From the NCBI GenBank assembly GCA_040877375.1, contig JBBDNW010000255.1:1-49025 (forward strand): DNA of 49,025 nucleotides. Reading direction: 5' to 3'. Shown here piece by piece: positions 47,925 through 49,025 of the stretch (the first letter of the stretch is position 1; every line of letters begins with the position of its first letter). The DNA is from Pirellulales bacterium (GTDB lineage Bacteria > Planctomycetota > Planctomycetia > Pirellulales > UBA1268). The notes below the pieces were generated by a model. That model had not been told where the DNA came from and made no database searches. It saw nothing but the letters and a program-made list of their open reading frames with translations. A program made the position numbers and the translations under genes.

Positions 47925-48643
47925 CGCCGCCCCCCGCCGGCACGATCGTCGCGTCATTTCCCAAGGCGGGCAGCACGTGGGTGAGGTTCATCATCGGGAA
48001 CCTCTTCAATGCACTGCATCCCGAGGTGGAAGCGGTCGACTTCCATAACGTCCACGGGATCGTGCCGGAGATCGGTCGACCCGACGACCGGCGGCTGTTC
48101 CTCGGCATGCCGGCAGCCTGGAAGACGCACGACGAGTGGCGGAAGGAATTCACCCGCGCCGTTCTCGTGGTGCGGAATCCCTGGGACACGCTCTTTTCCT
48201 ACTATCAGTACGTCAGTGGCGAGCAGGGAAAACTCACGACGCTCGAGAGCGTGATCACCAGCGGCAAGCGCGGTGCCGCGGCGGTCGTGCACCACGCGGC
48301 GTCGTATCTCAGCCGTTGCCCCGAACTCCTTGTGCTGACCTACGAAGCGCTGCATGCCAGCCCGCGGGAGGAGGTGGCGCGACTGGCTGGCTTTCTGGGG
48401 CTCGAACCGACCGCAGACCAACTCCGCGCGGCGATCGATGCCTCGTCGTTCAATGCGATGCTCAGCAGTGAGGTCGAGAAGGGCCGCAAGTACGGCGGCA
48501 GCGGCTTCCGCTTCATGCGGCAGGGGGCCGTCGGCGCGGGCTTCGCCGCGATCTCCGTCGATCCCGGGCTCGACCGCCACATCCGCCGTGAGCTAGCCAA
48601 GTGCCCGCCCCTCCACGAACTTTACGGCGAGTTCCACGCCTGA
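47921..48643 (+). CDS. PAPS-dependent sulfotransferase
   Basis: SFPKAGSTW (5'-PSB), KTH, VRNPWD...S (3'-PB), FMRQG.VG. Confidence 0.85.
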   Translation: MTPPPAGTIVASFPKAGSTWVRFIIGNLFNALHPEVEAVDFHNVHGIVPEIGRPDDRRLFLGMPAAWKTHDEWRKEFTRAVLVVRNPWDTLFSYYQYVSGEQGKLTTLESVITSGKRGAAAVVHHAASYLSRCPELLVLTYEALHASPREEVARLAGFLGLEPTADQLRAAIDASSFNAMLSSEVEKGRKYGGSGFRFMRQGAVGAGFAAISVDPGLDRHIRRELAKCPPLHELYGEFHA

Positions 48644-48696
48644 CCGCGCTCCGGCACCCAGATGAGGCTCGTGCGTTCTCGCCCTTTCGGAAGGCT

Positions 48697-48939
48697 ATGA
48701 CCATGAAAACCACTGACAGCAAGGGCCGGCTCACGCCCGGGGAGCGGTTTGCCAATCGCACGGTGATCGTCGAAGAGATCGACGACACCGCGGTACGAAT
48801 CACGCTGGCACGGGTCTTGCCCGAGCGGGAGATGTGGCTCCAAGAGAATCGGGCGGCGTCAGCCGCCGTCAGCCGCGGTGTCGCTGAGGCCCGCGCCGGA
48901 AAGCTCTCATCCGTCGGACCCGACCTAGAGCGCATCTGA
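48697..48939 (+). CDS. Small AbrB/MazE-like putative antitoxin
   Basis: DSKGRLT (AbrB-like N-terminus) and P..E.WL..N......RG..EA..GK C-terminus; about 80 aa. Confidence 0.55.
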   Translation: MTMKTTDSKGRLTPGERFANRTVIVEEIDDTAVRITLARVLPEREMWLQENRAASAAVSRGVAEARAGKLSSVGPDLERI

Positions 48940-49025
48940 GTTTGGTATAGCGGCGAGATGGTACCTTGGTGGAGGTAGGCAAGGGGGTCGGCGAACGCTC
49001 GAGGAGCGTCGGGCCGCCGCGGCCC

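Overview
High-GC chromosomal window that looks like Planctomycetota (DUF1559/H-X9-DG prepilin-like protein, PEP-CTERM protein, ThuA-DUF1080 fusion, DUF4440 tandem protein); this assignment is inferred from gene families only. The core content is a complete nuoA-N complex I operon on the minus strand with an Mrp/ApbC Fe-S carrier coupled to nuoN. Housekeeping genes include thiE, lpxB, icd, an argE-like M20 hydrolase, trpG/pabA, moeA, an amino-acid ABC transporter and an OPT transporter. The most interesting signals are: (1) a cobalamin riboswitch controlling a pseudopilin-like DUF1559 gene and a surface-anchored DUF4465-PEP-CTERM gene, a candidate B12 capture module; (2) three dispersed copies of a 131-132 nt structured element with compensatory changes in its terminal stem; (3) a secreted protein with about 17% Cys built from 11-aa repeats; (4) a tandem pair of dynamin-like GTPases; (5) an MFS gene broken at an 18-nt stretch that reads as conserved protein in two frames; (6) a Rex/CRP-type palindrome upstream of nuoA and further palindromic repeats. 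No rRNA, tRNA, cas genes or transposases were recognised. All family calls are from motif recognition by eye, not database searches.
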